A stretch of 64,000 bases of DNA. Origin: an uncultured delta proteobacterium. Its GTDB lineage: Bacteria > Desulfobacterota > Syntrophobacteria > BM002. Of the stretch, positions 51,277 through 63,275 are shown one piece after another (the first letter of the stretch is position 1; the number at the start of each line of letters is the position of its first letter). The stretch spans positions 1-64,000 of the forward strand of contig CAVQGX010000026.1 in the NCBI GenBank assembly GCA_963712115.1, in the 5' to 3' direction. The notes under the pieces are model-generated. The model was given only the letters and a program-made list of their open reading frames with translations. It ran no database searches and was not told the DNA's origin. The translations under genes were made by a program, and so were the position numbers.

Positions 51277-51672
51277 ATGAAGCAGCAAACTTCAAAGAAA
51301 GTCGAGGAGATGGGCGGGCTAGAAAAAGCGATGTTATGCGCCGAGGTGGCGGCTGCCCATAAGGCAGAGAGACCCTTGATCTGCGAAGTAGCTGCAGTTG
51401 TGGGTTACACTGATTATTTTGTCATCTGTTCCGGCCGCTCAACTCGACACGTCCAAGCCCTTGCCGAACACATTGAATCAGCTCTGGCTCAACGAAGGGT
51501 CAAGCCCATGGGGGTAGAAGGCATGCTAGAAGGTCATTGGGTGCTCCTCGATCTCAATGATGTGATAGTGCACATTTTTTACCATCCCTTGAGGGCATTT
51601 TATGATCTAGAGGGGCTTTGGTGGGAGGCCCGGCAAATAGAGTTTTCTGAGAAGGGGGTTTCAGATCAATGA
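51277..51672 (+). CDS. rsfS: Ribosome silencing factor
   Basis: TDYFVICSGRSTRHV, WVLLDLNDVIVHIF, FYDLEGLW. Confidence 0.95.
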   Translation: MKQQTSKKVEEMGGLEKAMLCAEVAAAHKAERPLICEVAAVVGYTDYFVICSGRSTRHVQALAEHIESALAQRRVKPMGVEGMLEGHWVLLDLNDVIVHIFYHPLRAFYDLEGLWWEARQIEFSEKGVSDQ

Positions 51673-51910
51673 GACGTCTCGGAGAAATTAATACCTGTGG
51701 GAGTGAAGGGAATACAGTCACGGAGGAAGTGGCGTTTATGCACCAAATTCTCCGGTTTCAGGTGTCAGGATTCGAAATGATAGACCGAACACTGAAACTT
51801 AGGGTTGTGATTTGTTATTGAGGAATTAATTTGGTTGCTGGGATCAGAATCTGGCAAAAGTAGCTAAAGACGAGATTATACTATGATAGTAAGACATCGG
51901 TGGAACAGTA

Positions 51911-53317
51911 TTGATTTTTCTGGTGATATTCGTGATCTCAGCCGGGTGGTCGACTGGAAAGGCACGTGCTGAATTCTCAATTGAGGATGAAAAAAAGCTT
52001 GGAGAGAAGTTTCTCCAAGCAGTCCTGCGACAGCTCAGATTGGTTGAGGACCCGGAGGTGGTTGGTTACGTAGACAGGGTGGGGCAGACCGTAGTTGATC
52101 ACCTTGAGGTTCATACCTTTCCTTATCATTTTTACGTGGTGGACAGCAGTGCCCTCAACGCCTTCGCGGCTCCGGCAGGGCACGTGTTCATGAACCGCGG
52201 CCTCATAGAAATCATGGACGATGAAGGAGAGCTGGCCGCGATCCTGGCTCACGAAATCGCCCACGTCCAGTCCCGGCATATTGCCCAGCGTATGGCCAGG
52301 GCGCAAAAACTGAGCATAGCTTCTCTCGGTGGCCTTCTGGCCGGAATCCTTTTGGGCGGCGAGGCTGGGGCGGCGATTATTGCTGGTAGTCAGGCGGGCG
52401 CCACCTCGGCAATGCTCAATTACAGCCGCCAGGATGAAGAGGAAGCGGACCGCAAGGGGCTTCGCTATCTGGAAGCGGCTGACTATCATGGTGAGGATTT
52501 TGTAATTATCATGAAAAAAATGGGCCAGGACAGCTGGAAAGCTGGCGGCCATATACCTACCTATCTCACCACCCACCCGGGAGTACCCGAACGTGTCGCC
52601 TACCTGGCCACAACAGTGGAGACAAGGCCCAAGTCTTCCCAAGCCACTAAGAAAGGTAGTAATAACTCTGACGCCTTCCTGTTAATGCAGACTAAGCTCT
52701 ATGGTGGTTACGAAAACCCCGCGGAGGCCTCAGCCAAGTTTCGCGAATGGCTTGAAAGACCTGAAACCAAACCGATGGCCTACTATGGGATGGGTCTGCT
52801 GCAAAGGAGGCAAAGGATGATGCAAGAAGCTGTCGATTCTCTTAAGAGCGCCATTAATCTGCGTCCGGATCTAGTCCCCATCTTGGTGGAACTAGGAGAG
52901 ACCTACTTCCAGATGGGCGAATTTGATAAGGCTAACTCAGTGGTGTCTTCGGCCCTCATCCTGGAACCGGATCAAGAGATGGCCCTCTATGTCTTGGGCC
53001 GCACCCAATTGGAGCAGGGTAGAGCGGCAGAAGCAAGCAAGAACCTGGCACGAGCAGCCCGGGTCAATGATAGGTTGCCGGCCATCCACTACTATCTCGG
53101 ACTAGCTTACGGCAGGTTGAATCAACTGGCGGAAGCGCACTACCAGTTCGGGATTCATTACAGGCGTGAGGGATCTTTGAAGAATGCACAGTTTCACTTC
53201 ATGGAAGCTTTGCGGTATGCCGATAGTCCCAACCGGAAAGAGGCTATCGAAAAACAACTGCAGCAGTTGAAGGGAGAGATTAAAGAAGAACAGCGAGAGA
53301 ATAATAAAAGCCGGTGA
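51911..53317 (+). CDS. M48 family metalloprotease with TPR repeats (BepA-like); true start possibly ATG 51883 via an indel
   Basis: NAFAAPAG, LAHEIAHV, YSRQDEEEAD, THP, C-terminal TPRs. Confidence 0.9.
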   Translation: MIFLVIFVISAGWSTGKARAEFSIEDEKKLGEKFLQAVLRQLRLVEDPEVVGYVDRVGQTVVDHLEVHTFPYHFYVVDSSALNAFAAPAGHVFMNRGLIEIMDDEGELAAILAHEIAHVQSRHIAQRMARAQKLSIASLGGLLAGILLGGEAGAAIIAGSQAGATSAMLNYSRQDEEEADRKGLRYLEAADYHGEDFVIIMKKMGQDSWKAGGHIPTYLTTHPGVPERVAYLATTVETRPKSSQATKKGSNNSDAFLLMQTKLYGGYENPAEASAKFREWLERPETKPMAYYGMGLLQRRQRMMQEAVDSLKSAINLRPDLVPILVELGETYFQMGEFDKANSVVSSALILEPDQEMALYVLGRTQLEQGRAAEASKNLARAARVNDRLPAIHYYLGLAYGRLNQLAEAHYQFGIHYRREGSLKNAQFHFMEALRYADSPNRKEAIEKQLQQLKGEIKEEQRENNKSR

Positions 53318-53319
53318 AA

Positions 53320-55385
53320 TTAGAAAAAGAGTTCTTTCTTCTCCACCAGAGAGTCAAAGTGGGAAAATTGCATAGTGAAAGTGGCGCGCCCCTGACTGGC
53401 CGAGCGCAATGCAGTTGAGTAGCCAAACATCTGAGAAAGAGCCACGGTGGCGTGGATAATTTTCACAGAACGTCGGGAGTGGATTCCTTCAATCTTCCCC
53501 TTCCTTATGTTGAGGTCATTGATGACTTCGCCGGTGAATTCTTCAGGAACAATAATTTCAACCGACATGATGGGCTCGAGTAGCTGAGGTTGTGCCTTTC
53601 TGCAACCTTCCTGGAGGGCAGTTGATGCAGCCACCTTAAAGGCGAGTTCACTGGCGGTCTGTTCTTTGTAGATCCCGCCGATTACTGCCACTTCTACATC
53701 CACTACCGGATACCCCGCGATTACACCACTTTCAAATGATTCCACCACCCCTTCCTCCACAGCAGGGATTAAGGATTTCGGTAAGGAGCCATCCCTAACC
53801 AAGTCGCGGAAGAGGTTGCCCTTGCCCCTGGGCCTAGGCTCCAGATGCAGTTCAACCTGGGCATAGTGAGGGACCCCTGCAATCTCTCGGTCAAAACTTG
53901 ACTTCGACCTCAGCAGACCTTAGTAATAGTTTCACGATAGACTACCTGAGGCTTTCCCACATTAACCTGGATGGCATATTCTCTGAGCAGTCTATTAACC
54001 AGGATATCCAGGTGGAGTTCACCCATTCCTGAGATAATGGTCTGGCCGGTGTCTGGATCTTGGCGAAAGTGGAAAGTGGGGTCCTCTTCCGCCAGTTTCT
54101 CCAGGGACTGAATAGTCTTGTCCTCATCGGCGCGAGTACGAGGCTCCATGGCAATGGAAATTACCGGTTCATAGAACTCGATGTGTTCCAGCAAGATAGG
54201 TTTATTTGGCGCGCAAATGGTATCCCCAGTGGTGGTTGACTTGAGACCAACCATGGCTACGATTTCGCCAGCGCCAGCCTTGGCCCGTCTTTCCCGCTTG
54301 TTTGCATGCATCTGAAAAATCCGGGCGACCTTCTCTTTCTGCTTGCGGTTGACATTGTAGACTTCGGCTCCTGCAGAGACCGTACCTGAGTATACTCTTA
54401 CATAGGTGAGTTTCCGTCCCTGATCCATTTGAATTTTGAAGGCGAGCCCGGCAAAAGGTTCATTGTCACTGCTGGCGCGGGTTTCTTTTTCTCTGGTCTC
54501 AGGGTGCTGTCCCGACACAGCTTCAACATCCAAGGGGCTGGGAAGGAAATCAATAATGGCATCCAACAGCAGTTGGATTCCTTTGTTTTTGAGGGCACTA
54601 CCGCACAGGACTGGAACCATTTTCAGCTTTAGAGTGGCCTGACGAACTACCGGCAGGAGATCCTCCGGCTCAAGAACCTCATCGGCCAAGTATTTTTCCA
54701 TTATGGTATCATCAAGCTCTGCAAGGGATTCGAGGAGTTCTGTACGATTTGCTCTTGCCTGTTCCTCGTATTCGGGGGGAATTGCCGTGAATTCGTAGGC
54801 GAGGCCGAGGGTGGACTCATCCCAGAGCACTGCCTGCATCCTAAGCAAATCGATAACCCCGACGAAGTCTGCTTCTGATCCCATGGGTATCTGTAGAACA
54901 AGTGGTCGGGTACCGAGCTTGTCTCGCATCTGATCCACGGCGCCAGTGAAGTCTGCACCCAGTCGGTCCATTTTGTTTATGAAGGCGATCTTGGGAACCC
55001 GATATTTGTCAGCTTGGTGCCAAACTGTCTCAGACTGTGGTTCTACCCCTCCAACAGCACAAAAAACTCCAATGGCACCATCGAGAACTCGAAGAGATCG
55101 CTCCACCTCAATGGTGAAGTCCACGTGCCCAGGCGTGTCAATGAGGTGGAATTCGTAATCTCGCCACAAACAGGTAGTAACTGCTGAGGTAATAGTTATA
55201 CCCCGTTCTTGCTCCTGCTCCATCCAGTCCATGACCGCTTCGCCGTCATGGACTTCCCCCATTTTATGCGATTTGCCGGTGTAGTAGAGGATGCGCTCGG
55301 TGACTGTGGTCTTACCAGCATCTATGTGGGCTATGATGCCAATATTGCGTGTTTTTTGCAGTCGTTTGACTCCGGACATAACCAT
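53320..55385 (-). CDS. fusA: Elongation factor G paralog (one extra base near 53918)
   Basis: [27 protein letters not shown]; frames 53910-55385 and 53320-53802 join via [15 protein letters not shown]. Confidence 0.92.
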
Positions 55386-55529
55386 TCACCGGTGCGAAGA
55401 TTTTGGCAGCCCTCTAAAGACAGGGGGCTTTTTACCTCTTCTACTGTTTCCGCCGCTCACGGAACAATGGAATACTGAAAGATGGAATTTCCAACATTCC
55501 ATTGGCCCAGAGGGGTGAAGTTCTTCCTT

Positions 55530-56123
55530 TCATCGGACAAGTAAAAGGTTGGCCGTTTTGGCTTGTCGAATGTCCAAATGACCGCTCAAAGTTGATGCTG
55601 GCTTACCTTCAAAGAGCAATTGCACCCGTTCAACTTGTTCCAGATTCAGAACGAGTGAGTTTACAATTGTATACAGGGTGAGCCGTTCCGCCGTGATCCC
55701 GCCAGGATGAAGACGGGAGAGCTCTGAGCTAAAATCTAAATAGGCAGTCCCGTCATCTGTGACAAATATATGGAGCAAGCGTGACCCAGCTGGGATGGTG
55801 GAAACAAGTTTGGGGTCATCGGGCCCCTCCAAAAGAGCAGCTATTATGGCCTCGATGGCAGAAATGGTGTCTTCGGCCAGTATTTTTCTCTCCTCGGCCT
55901 GGAGATAATTCCCTTTTCGGTCGGCAAAATAAAGGTGGACTTTCCTGGTTATGGCCTCTTGAACTGAGATTGAGTCGCTCACCCTTGAAGAGGGGCTGAC
56001 TGACTCGGATCTGGGTAAAAATAGTTTCCCTAAAAAGAAGGACGCACCAAAGCCCAGCAAAATTGCAACTACGAGGAGCAGCCAAAATCGACCTTTCCGC
56101 TTGGATACTAACTTCAAGCCCAT
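55530..56123 (-). CDS. GerMN-domain membrane-anchored protein
   Basis: TM, VHLYFAD, LLEGP, TIPAG, AYLDFS, IVNSL, GHLD. Confidence 0.85.
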   Translation of the reverse strand: MGLKLVSKRKGRFWLLLVVAILLGFGASFFLGKLFLPRSESVSPSSRVSDSISVQEAITRKVHLYFADRKGNYLQAEERKILAEDTISAIEAIIAALLEGPDDPKLVSTIPAGSRLLHIFVTDDGTAYLDFSSELSRLHPGGITAERLTLYTIVNSLVLNLEQVERVQLLFEGKPASTLSGHLDIRQAKTANLLLVR

Positions 56124-56143
56124 TTGCTCAAATCACACCTCTC

Positions 56144-56422
56144 TCACCCTTTGTTGACTCGCTCTTTGAGTTCTTTGCCAACCTTGAAAAAGGGGAGCTT
56201 CTTATTCTTTACTTGGATACTATCACCCGTCCTGGGATTGCGCCCCTGATAACCCTGATAAGATTTCACTTTGAAACTGCCAAAACCGCGGATCTCGATC
56301 CGATCTTCCTCTGTAAGTGCCCGCTCCATAATACCAAACACAGTTTTGACTACTAGCTCTGCCTCCTTAATGCTTACGCCCTCAGCAGCAGCAACTGCGG
56401 CGATAAGTTCACGCCTAGTCAT
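56144..56422 (-). CDS. ihfB: Integration host factor beta / HU family protein
   Basis: IEIRGFGSF, GRNPRTG, PFFKVGKELKERV. Confidence 0.88.
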   Translation of the reverse strand: MTRRELIAAVAAAEGVSIKEAELVVKTVFGIMERALTEEDRIEIRGFGSFKVKSYQGYQGRNPRTGDSIQVKNKKLPFFKVGKELKERVNKG

Positions 56423-56455
56423 ACAAAATCCTCCTTTTTTTGCTGTGCAGAAAGA

Positions 56456-57745
<1,290 letters not shown>

Positions 57746-58009
57746 CTATTAAGTTTCTTTTTAGCTTTAAAAAAACAAAAAAATCTACCATGCCAAGCTA
57801 CTTTTGTCAATGATATTTATTACTTCCGAGGGTGCCTCGCATCTATGCTTTCTCGCACATTATTGGTGAAATGGTCTCTTGTCGCTGGTATCAAAAGGAT
57901 TGATGGAGAAGTGCGAGAGGACAAAGGTTAATAGAAGGGACGGCCATATCCTCAGTCACGCCTCTCGGCGTTGATTGATCAGATAATCCGGGCTAGGAAT
58001 GCTAGTTTC

Positions 58010-59008
58010 CTAAAAGAGCTGCAGCTCCAGCTTAAGCAAACTGCTTCTTTGGCCTAAGGCGATAAGAGTATCGCCAATTTGAATAGTAGTGTGGGAAGCA
58101 GGGTTAAATAACATTGTGCCGTCGGCCTTTTTTATGGCCACAATAATTAGATCTAGCTCTTTACGGATACCTGAATCAACCAACGCCACATCTGCCAATT
58201 TACTTTGCGGTCTAACTGGAATCTCCTCCATCCCCATGCCAGTGCCTGGATCGTGGGTGGCAAAGTCAATAAACTCCGTGACGTTTGGCCGAAGCAAGGC
58301 CTGAGCCATTCGGTAGCCACCGATTTGGTGGGGCGACACCACGTGGTTGGCGCCCGCCTGCACAAGCTTTTTCTCAGAGCCTATTCTTCCGGCTCGGGCA
58401 ATTATGAATAGGTTTGGTTTCAGTCCTTTGGCGGTTAGGGTTATATAGACATTGTCTGCCTCTGAATCCAGGGCGGTTGCCAATCCCTTAGCACTTCGAA
58501 TACCAGCCTTGAGAAGGCATTGCTCCTCTGTGGCGTCGCCGAGTAAATATAGATGGCCGTCTTCTTCTATCTTGGCGGTAACAGTGCTGTCATTGTCGAT
58601 CACCACCAAGGGAGTTGGTTTGGATCTGTAGATTTCTTCGCAAATAATGCGGCCTACACGTCCATAACCGCAGATGATGATATGATTCTTAAGTTTTTCA
58701 ATCTGACGTTCCAATTTTTTCCTCCCCATAATTCGGAGCAGCTGTCCCTCAACCACGATCTGGGTGAGTGTACCGACAAGATAGCCCACCACACCTAAAC
58801 CCGAAATCAGAATGGTCATTGTTAGTATACGACCTTGGTCGCTAACTGGATTGACTTCGCTAAAGCCGACGGTGGTGAGAGTAATCACAGTCATGTAAAG
58901 AGAATCTAAAAAATTCCACTTCTCGAGAATCATGTAACCGACTGTACCCATGCTAACAACCAGAAATAGCATAACGGCAGCGAATATTAAGTTGCGGGTT
59001 TTTGTCAT
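58010..59008 (-). CDS. Potassium channel protein (pore + RCK/TrkA-N and TrkA-C)
   Basis: TLTTVGF filter, CGYGRVG, GDAT. Confidence 0.92.
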   Translation of the reverse strand: MTKTRNLIFAAVMLFLVVSMGTVGYMILEKWNFLDSLYMTVITLTTVGFSEVNPVSDQGRILTMTILISGLGVVGYLVGTLTQIVVEGQLLRIMGRKKLERQIEKLKNHIIICGYGRVGRIICEEIYRSKPTPLVVIDNDSTVTAKIEEDGHLYLLGDATEEQCLLKAGIRSAKGLATALDSEADNVYITLTAKGLKPNLFIIARAGRIGSEKKLVQAGANHVVSPHQIGGYRMAQALLRPNVTEFIDFATHDPGTGMGMEEIPVRPQSKLADVALVDSGIRKELDLIIVAIKKADGTMLFNPASHTTIQIGDTLIALGQRSSLLKLELQLF

Positions 59009-59083
59009 AGTTTCGTCACGTGCAGGTTACCGTGGAAACCCCCTGTTTATAGTGGGTGACGCAGCAGACGACTGGTTATTTTG

Positions 59084-59785
59084 TCAGGCTGGTTGGGATG
59101 CGAGAATCTCCACACTATAGTCACTGAGCTGGGTCAGTTCGGGTAGATCGCCAAAAGGTACGGTGAAGGAGACCTCTTGACGGGATCCTATCTCCTGCGC
59201 CTGATCCTTGGTGGCGGGCTGAGTCTGAACAAAAGCCAGTAAATTTTCCAGGGGCATGCTCTGCAATTGCTGGTTAGATAGAATATTGCCGGCGTAAAAA
59301 TCCAGTTGCCGCGCCGTTTGACCGTCGCTGGTATAAATTTTGGCACGCAAGTGAATCCAGCGGAGAGGTTTGGGGAATTCGTTACGTACCCTCCCTTGGA
59401 TGACAAAAAGCTGCCCGGCATTCTGGTTGTCAACAAAGTAGCCGCGGGTTTCCACCAAATGAAGCTGCTCGATACCTGTGCTCTTCTCGACGGGTTTAGG
59501 CTTTAAGGGCCACGGTACATAGAGCCACAGAGCTATACTGCCTGCAATTAAGAGTAGTGGGATGAGGAAAAGGAGCAGACGTCTACTGGAGGTTTTTCGC
59601 CTTGAGGGTGGGGGGCTTTTCACCTCTTGAGAAACTAGTGCCGCCTCCATGACATCAAGCTTCTCAGGGCGTGAGACGGTGAAAACATGTTGGCAGCTGG
59701 AACAACGGACTCTGACAGCCGGCCGGTTGATGAGATCTGGATTTAGTTTGAATTTCTTGTTGCACTGTTCACACTGAACAATCAT
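59084..59785 (-). CDS. Zinc-ribbon / DUF3426 membrane protein
   Basis: MIVQCEQC...VRCSSCQHVF, TM helix, periplasmic beta domain. Confidence 0.85.
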   Translation of the reverse strand: MIVQCEQCNKKFKLNPDLINRPAVRVRCSSCQHVFTVSRPEKLDVMEAALVSQEVKSPPPSRRKTSSRRLLLFLIPLLLIAGSIALWLYVPWPLKPKPVEKSTGIEQLHLVETRGYFVDNQNAGQLFVIQGRVRNEFPKPLRWIHLRAKIYTSDGQTARQLDFYAGNILSNQQLQSMPLENLLAFVQTQPATKDQAQEIGSRQEVSFTVPFGDLPELTQLSDYSVEILASQPA

Positions 59786-59836
59786 ACCTAGACCTCGTTG
59801 CTTTCGATACGGTCCGTGTGACGGCGTAAACTTGGG

Positions 59837-60361
59837 CTACAAAATCAGCTCATAAATGCCAGGTAGCTGGCGGTTGGCTTCATTGCAGTCTAGGCCATAG
59901 CCAACAACGAAGCCCTTTTCCAGCTGCAATCCAACGTACTCCAGCGGGATGGACACGGTGCGCCGCTCTCTCTTATCTAAGAGGGTACAAATCTTCACCG
60001 AACGCGGCTTTTTGCTTGCCAGGTGTTTTTTCAAAAATGCCGTAGTTAGTCCAGAGTCTACAATGTCCTCCACAATAAGGACGTCACGACCCTGCAAATC
60101 AAGTTCAACATCTGTGGTGATTCTAATCTTGCCGCTTGACTCTGTGCCAGGACCGTAACTGGCCACTCGAATAAAGTCCAACTGTACTGGTATGGTCAGT
60201 TGGCGCACCAGATCAGCAAGAAAGATAAAAGCACCTTTGAGAACCCCTATGAGTACAACCTCTTTGCCCTCATAGTCTTGAGAGATCCGGTTTGCCAGCT
60301 GTTGAACCTGACGGGCAATTTTTTCGGCGGTAAATACCACACGCTTTTCGTGCTTATTCAT
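59837..60361 (-). CDS. hpt: Hypoxanthine phosphoribosyltransferase
   Basis: GVLKGA, VEDIVDSGLT, LLDK, FVVGYGLD. Confidence 0.96.
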   Translation of the reverse strand: MNKHEKRVVFTAEKIARQVQQLANRISQDYEGKEVVLIGVLKGAFIFLADLVRQLTIPVQLDFIRVASYGPGTESSGKIRITTDVELDLQGRDVLIVEDIVDSGLTTAFLKKHLASKKPRSVKICTLLDKRERRTVSIPLEYVGLQLEKGFVVGYGLDCNEANRQLPGIYELIL

Positions 60362-60459
60362 ACTCCGACCTGTGGCCGCTGGCAGAAGACTCAATTATCC
60401 CGCATCTATAACTAGCTTAGATATGAGGATCTTGTCAACTATTTTGAAAACTTAGGCGT

Positions 60460-60580
60460 TCTAGTCACTAGATACTGGATACAAGGCAGCAACAAATCTC
60501 CCATACGTCTTGACCCAGGGAAAATCGCAAATGTATCATCTAGCATCCAGCATCCAGTATCAAGCATCGAGCATCCAGCT
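60460..60580. repeat. CTGGATR/GCATCCA heptamer palindrome
   Basis: ctagtca ctagata ctggata ... gcatcca gcatcca gtatcaa gcatcga gcatcca. Confidence 0.75.
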
Positions 60581-60672
60581 CATTTCACATTGACATCTCG
60601 GGGCTAGAGTTGCTACTTTCAGACCAGTGAGGCAACAAACTGCCAACTCCCATTGGTAGACGTTGTCAGGCA

Positions 60673-60813
60673 TAACCGCAGAGATCACAAAAGGATAATT
60701 TGAGATTTTAGATTGTAAGATTGCAGATTGCGAAATTCTCTAGTTCCTACTTTTGTCAATCTGCAATCTTCAATCTACAATCTCAAATTATCCTTTTGCG
60801 ATCTCTGTGGTTA
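60673..60813. repeat. Near-perfect 141-bp palindrome (about 57-bp arms)
   Basis: Arms 60673-60730 and 60757-60813 differ by three substitutions and one indel. Confidence 0.9.
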
Positions 60814-60876
60814 AATTCCCTCCTTCGATGGTGGGTTGGGCTGGAGCGAAGAACAGCGCAGAACTGTGATAGAGAT

Positions 60877-62280
60877 ATGAGTAAGGATAAATCCATAAAA
60901 GCCAAGATCCTTGTTGTTGATGACGAACAGGGGGCTAGGGATGCCCTACAGGTCATTCTTGAGGATGATTATGAGGTGACCACTGCTGCTGGTGGGCAGG
61001 AGGCAATCGCATATTGTGAGGGTTTTGATTACGATTTAGTTTTTTTGGACGTCGCCATGCCAGAGCTTGATGGCATTGCCACCTTAAGAAGGCTTCGCAC
61101 CATGGACGAGCCCATGGACGTTGTTATGATCTCAGCATCGGACAAAGCGGACAAGGCGGTGGAGTCTATCAAGCTTGGTGCTTATGACTATATCACCAAG
61201 CCTTTTGAGCCTGACGATATACTATCGGCGGTGGATCGGGTTCTGGAGAAACAAACCTTGCAGAGAGAAGTCCGTTATCTGCGCTCTGAAATAGCCCACA
61301 GATATGGGGAACTGGAGATTGTGACAAGGGATTCAACGGTACTGGATATCTTGCAACTTGTAAACAAGGTGGCAAGCGCCGCTAGTTCCGTTCTTATTAC
61401 CGGCGAAAGCGGCACTGGCAAAGAACTGATAGCCAGATCGCTGCACCAGCACGGCGACCGCTGCAAGGCTCCTTTTGTGGCGATTAATTGTGCTGCAATT
61501 CCCAGTGAACTAATGGAGAGCCAACTTTTCGGCCACGAAAAAGGGGCTTTCACCGGGGCCCACACTCGCACCATTGGGAAGTTCGAGCACGCCAATGGCG
61601 GGACCATTTTTTTGGATGAGATTTCGGCCCTTCGCCCTGAGCTGCAGGCGAAACTCCTCCGGGTTATCCAGGACAAAGAGATCGTGCGGCTCGGCAGTAA
61701 CCGGACTATAAAAGTGAACGTCCGTATCCTGGCCGCTACTAATACCAATCTGGAGGACCTTATAGAGGAGGGCAGCTTTCGGCGGGATCTCTACTTTCGG
61801 CTCAATGTCATCCCCATTTATCTCCCGCCTTTGCGCGAGCGGGAAGGCGATGTAAGACTCCTGGCTCAACACTTCCTTAACAGGTTCAACCTGCAGCTGA
61901 AGCGGGAAATGAAGGGTTTTACCGACAAGGCTATTGAAACCCTAGAGCGCTACCCGTGGCCCGGGAACATCCGTGAGTTGGAAAATTTGATCGAGAGACT
62001 GGTCGTACTGGGACGGGAGGGCGACTACATATCATATGAAGACCTGCCATTGGAAATCCTCCTGGATTCCAGCCTTATGACAGAGACTCCCCCCTTGGGA
62101 GATGGATTGCTTCAGGCCCGGGACAATTTCGAGAAGCAATACATCCTCAAAGCCCTGAAAAAGGCGGAGTGGAATCAGAGCGAAGCCGCCCGCATTCTCA
62201 GAATTCATCGGAATACCCTAATCCAAAAAATGAAATCCCTGGCGATCAAGGAATCACCTTCCGCAAGCCCCGCTAAATAG
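60877..62280 (+). CDS. Sigma54-dependent response regulator (NtrC/AtoC family)
   Basis: Receiver (VVDDE, LDVAMP, ITKP), GESGTGKE, GAFTGA, FLDEI, WPGNIREL, Fis HTH; ATG 60877. Confidence 0.96.
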   Translation: MSKDKSIKAKILVVDDEQGARDALQVILEDDYEVTTAAGGQEAIAYCEGFDYDLVFLDVAMPELDGIATLRRLRTMDEPMDVVMISASDKADKAVESIKLGAYDYITKPFEPDDILSAVDRVLEKQTLQREVRYLRSEIAHRYGELEIVTRDSTVLDILQLVNKVASAASSVLITGESGTGKELIARSLHQHGDRCKAPFVAINCAAIPSELMESQLFGHEKGAFTGAHTRTIGKFEHANGGTIFLDEISALRPELQAKLLRVIQDKEIVRLGSNRTIKVNVRILAATNTNLEDLIEEGSFRRDLYFRLNVIPIYLPPLREREGDVRLLAQHFLNRFNLQLKREMKGFTDKAIETLERYPWPGNIRELENLIERLVVLGREGDYISYEDLPLEILLDSSLMTETPPLGDGLLQARDNFEKQYILKALKKAEWNQSEAARILRIHRNTLIQKMKSLAIKESPSASPAK

Positions 62281-62305
62281 TCTTCCTCCTCAATTCACCT
62301 AGCAT

Positions 62306-62660
62306 GACTAGTCACTCGGCAGTAAACACTAGGCACAAAGGCGGTGAGAAGTCAGAGGTCGGAAGTCGGAGGTCAGCAAGGACAGACGACAGAGGTCGGA
62401 GGTCACGTCTGATAATCTAAGATAAAGAGTCTACTAGCTAATAGTCAGTAGGAGTGGCATAGGGCATAGAGTAAATCCCCATGCCTAAAGCCCCTAACTC
62501 TAGGCGCTCTGCGCTCTACGCTTTGCGTCTGTAACAACGGACTACGGACCACGGACAACTGACAAAAAGCCAGATGCCCGCTGCCTGTTTAGCCGGTTTA
62601 GCCGTTGGCCATCAGCCCAGAAAAGAATTCCACCTTCCGCGTTCCGACTTCCGCCGTTAA
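62306..62660. repeat. Composite of heptamer arrays, partly an inverted copy of 42676-42765
   Basis: 31-nt exact inverted match 62345-62375 vs 42696-42726; GCATAGR, ACGGACY and TTCCGCN arrays follow. Confidence 0.8.
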
Positions 62661-62714
62661 ATCCTCGTTTCGCCCGACCTCCCGTTTCGCCGGAGTGCTT
62701 TGCACTCTGCGAAC

Positions 62715-62751
62715 TGCACATTAGCCTGGGCAATGCACAAGATCATGTGCA
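62715..62751. promoter_or_regulatory. Tandem enhancer-like boxes for a sigma54 activator
   Basis: TGCACA-N6-TGGGCA (62715-62732) and TGCACA-N6-TGTGCA (62734-62751). Confidence 0.65.
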
Positions 62752-62937
62752 GTGGCTAGACAAAGCCTGAACTCTTCACAACCTTCCATGGGTAATGCTC
62801 TATATTTTCCAGGCCAGACTATCTTAGACACTGTGCAAACCTATCTGGCAACTAGGAATTTGTCTTCTCTCCAACTGCAATTAATTATTCTGTAATCTCA
62901 TAAGTATAGACGCCAATTCCTCCCCTATTGTCCCCTC

Positions 62938-62953
62938 TGGTACCGACCTTGCT
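62938..62953 (+). promoter_or_regulatory. Sigma54 (-24/-12) promoter
   Basis: TGGTAC-CGACC-TTGCT, 65 nt upstream of ATG 63018. Confidence 0.75.
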
Positions 62954-63017
62954 CTTACTCCCCCCATCTCAGAAACGGGGCACAAATCCTTTACACATAT
63001 GAGAGGAGGGAGAGGCA

Positions 63018-63120
63018 ATGAAAAAGACTAAGAGGATTTTGCTGCAACTACTCATTACTGGAAGCATTATTGCTATGTATGTTCTGCCGGCGCTGGCAAG
63101 CAGGGGGCGGGGGCGCCTAA
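63018..63120 (+). CDS. Short secreted peptide precursor (signal peptide + about 6 aa if one extra base is removed; 63 aa as sequenced)
   Basis: RBS GAGGAGG; MKKTKRILLQLLITGSIIAMYVLPALA is a typical Sec signal with ALA site; TAA 63118-63120 is one base out of frame; terminator follows. Confidence 0.6.
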
Positions 63121-63151
63121 TCACGACCAACGTGTGGTTGGTTGGTGTAAG

Positions 63152-63185
63152 AAGCATAGTCCTTTGGGGCTGTGCTTTTTTTTTG
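63152..63185 (+). terminator. Intrinsic terminator after the peptide gene
   Basis: AAGCATAGTCC-TTTG-GGGCTGTGC-T9. Confidence 0.8.
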
Positions 63186-63275
63186 CAAACTGTCGGAAAG
63201 CTGGTATAGTAAGTATTTCATAGAGCCAAGATAGACGTCTAATTGGTAGACAAATCAGACACGGGATTAAAGCTC

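Noticed and set aside
53910-53912. TGA in fusA as selenocysteine
   Set aside because: Downstream homology is in another frame; one extra base explains it.
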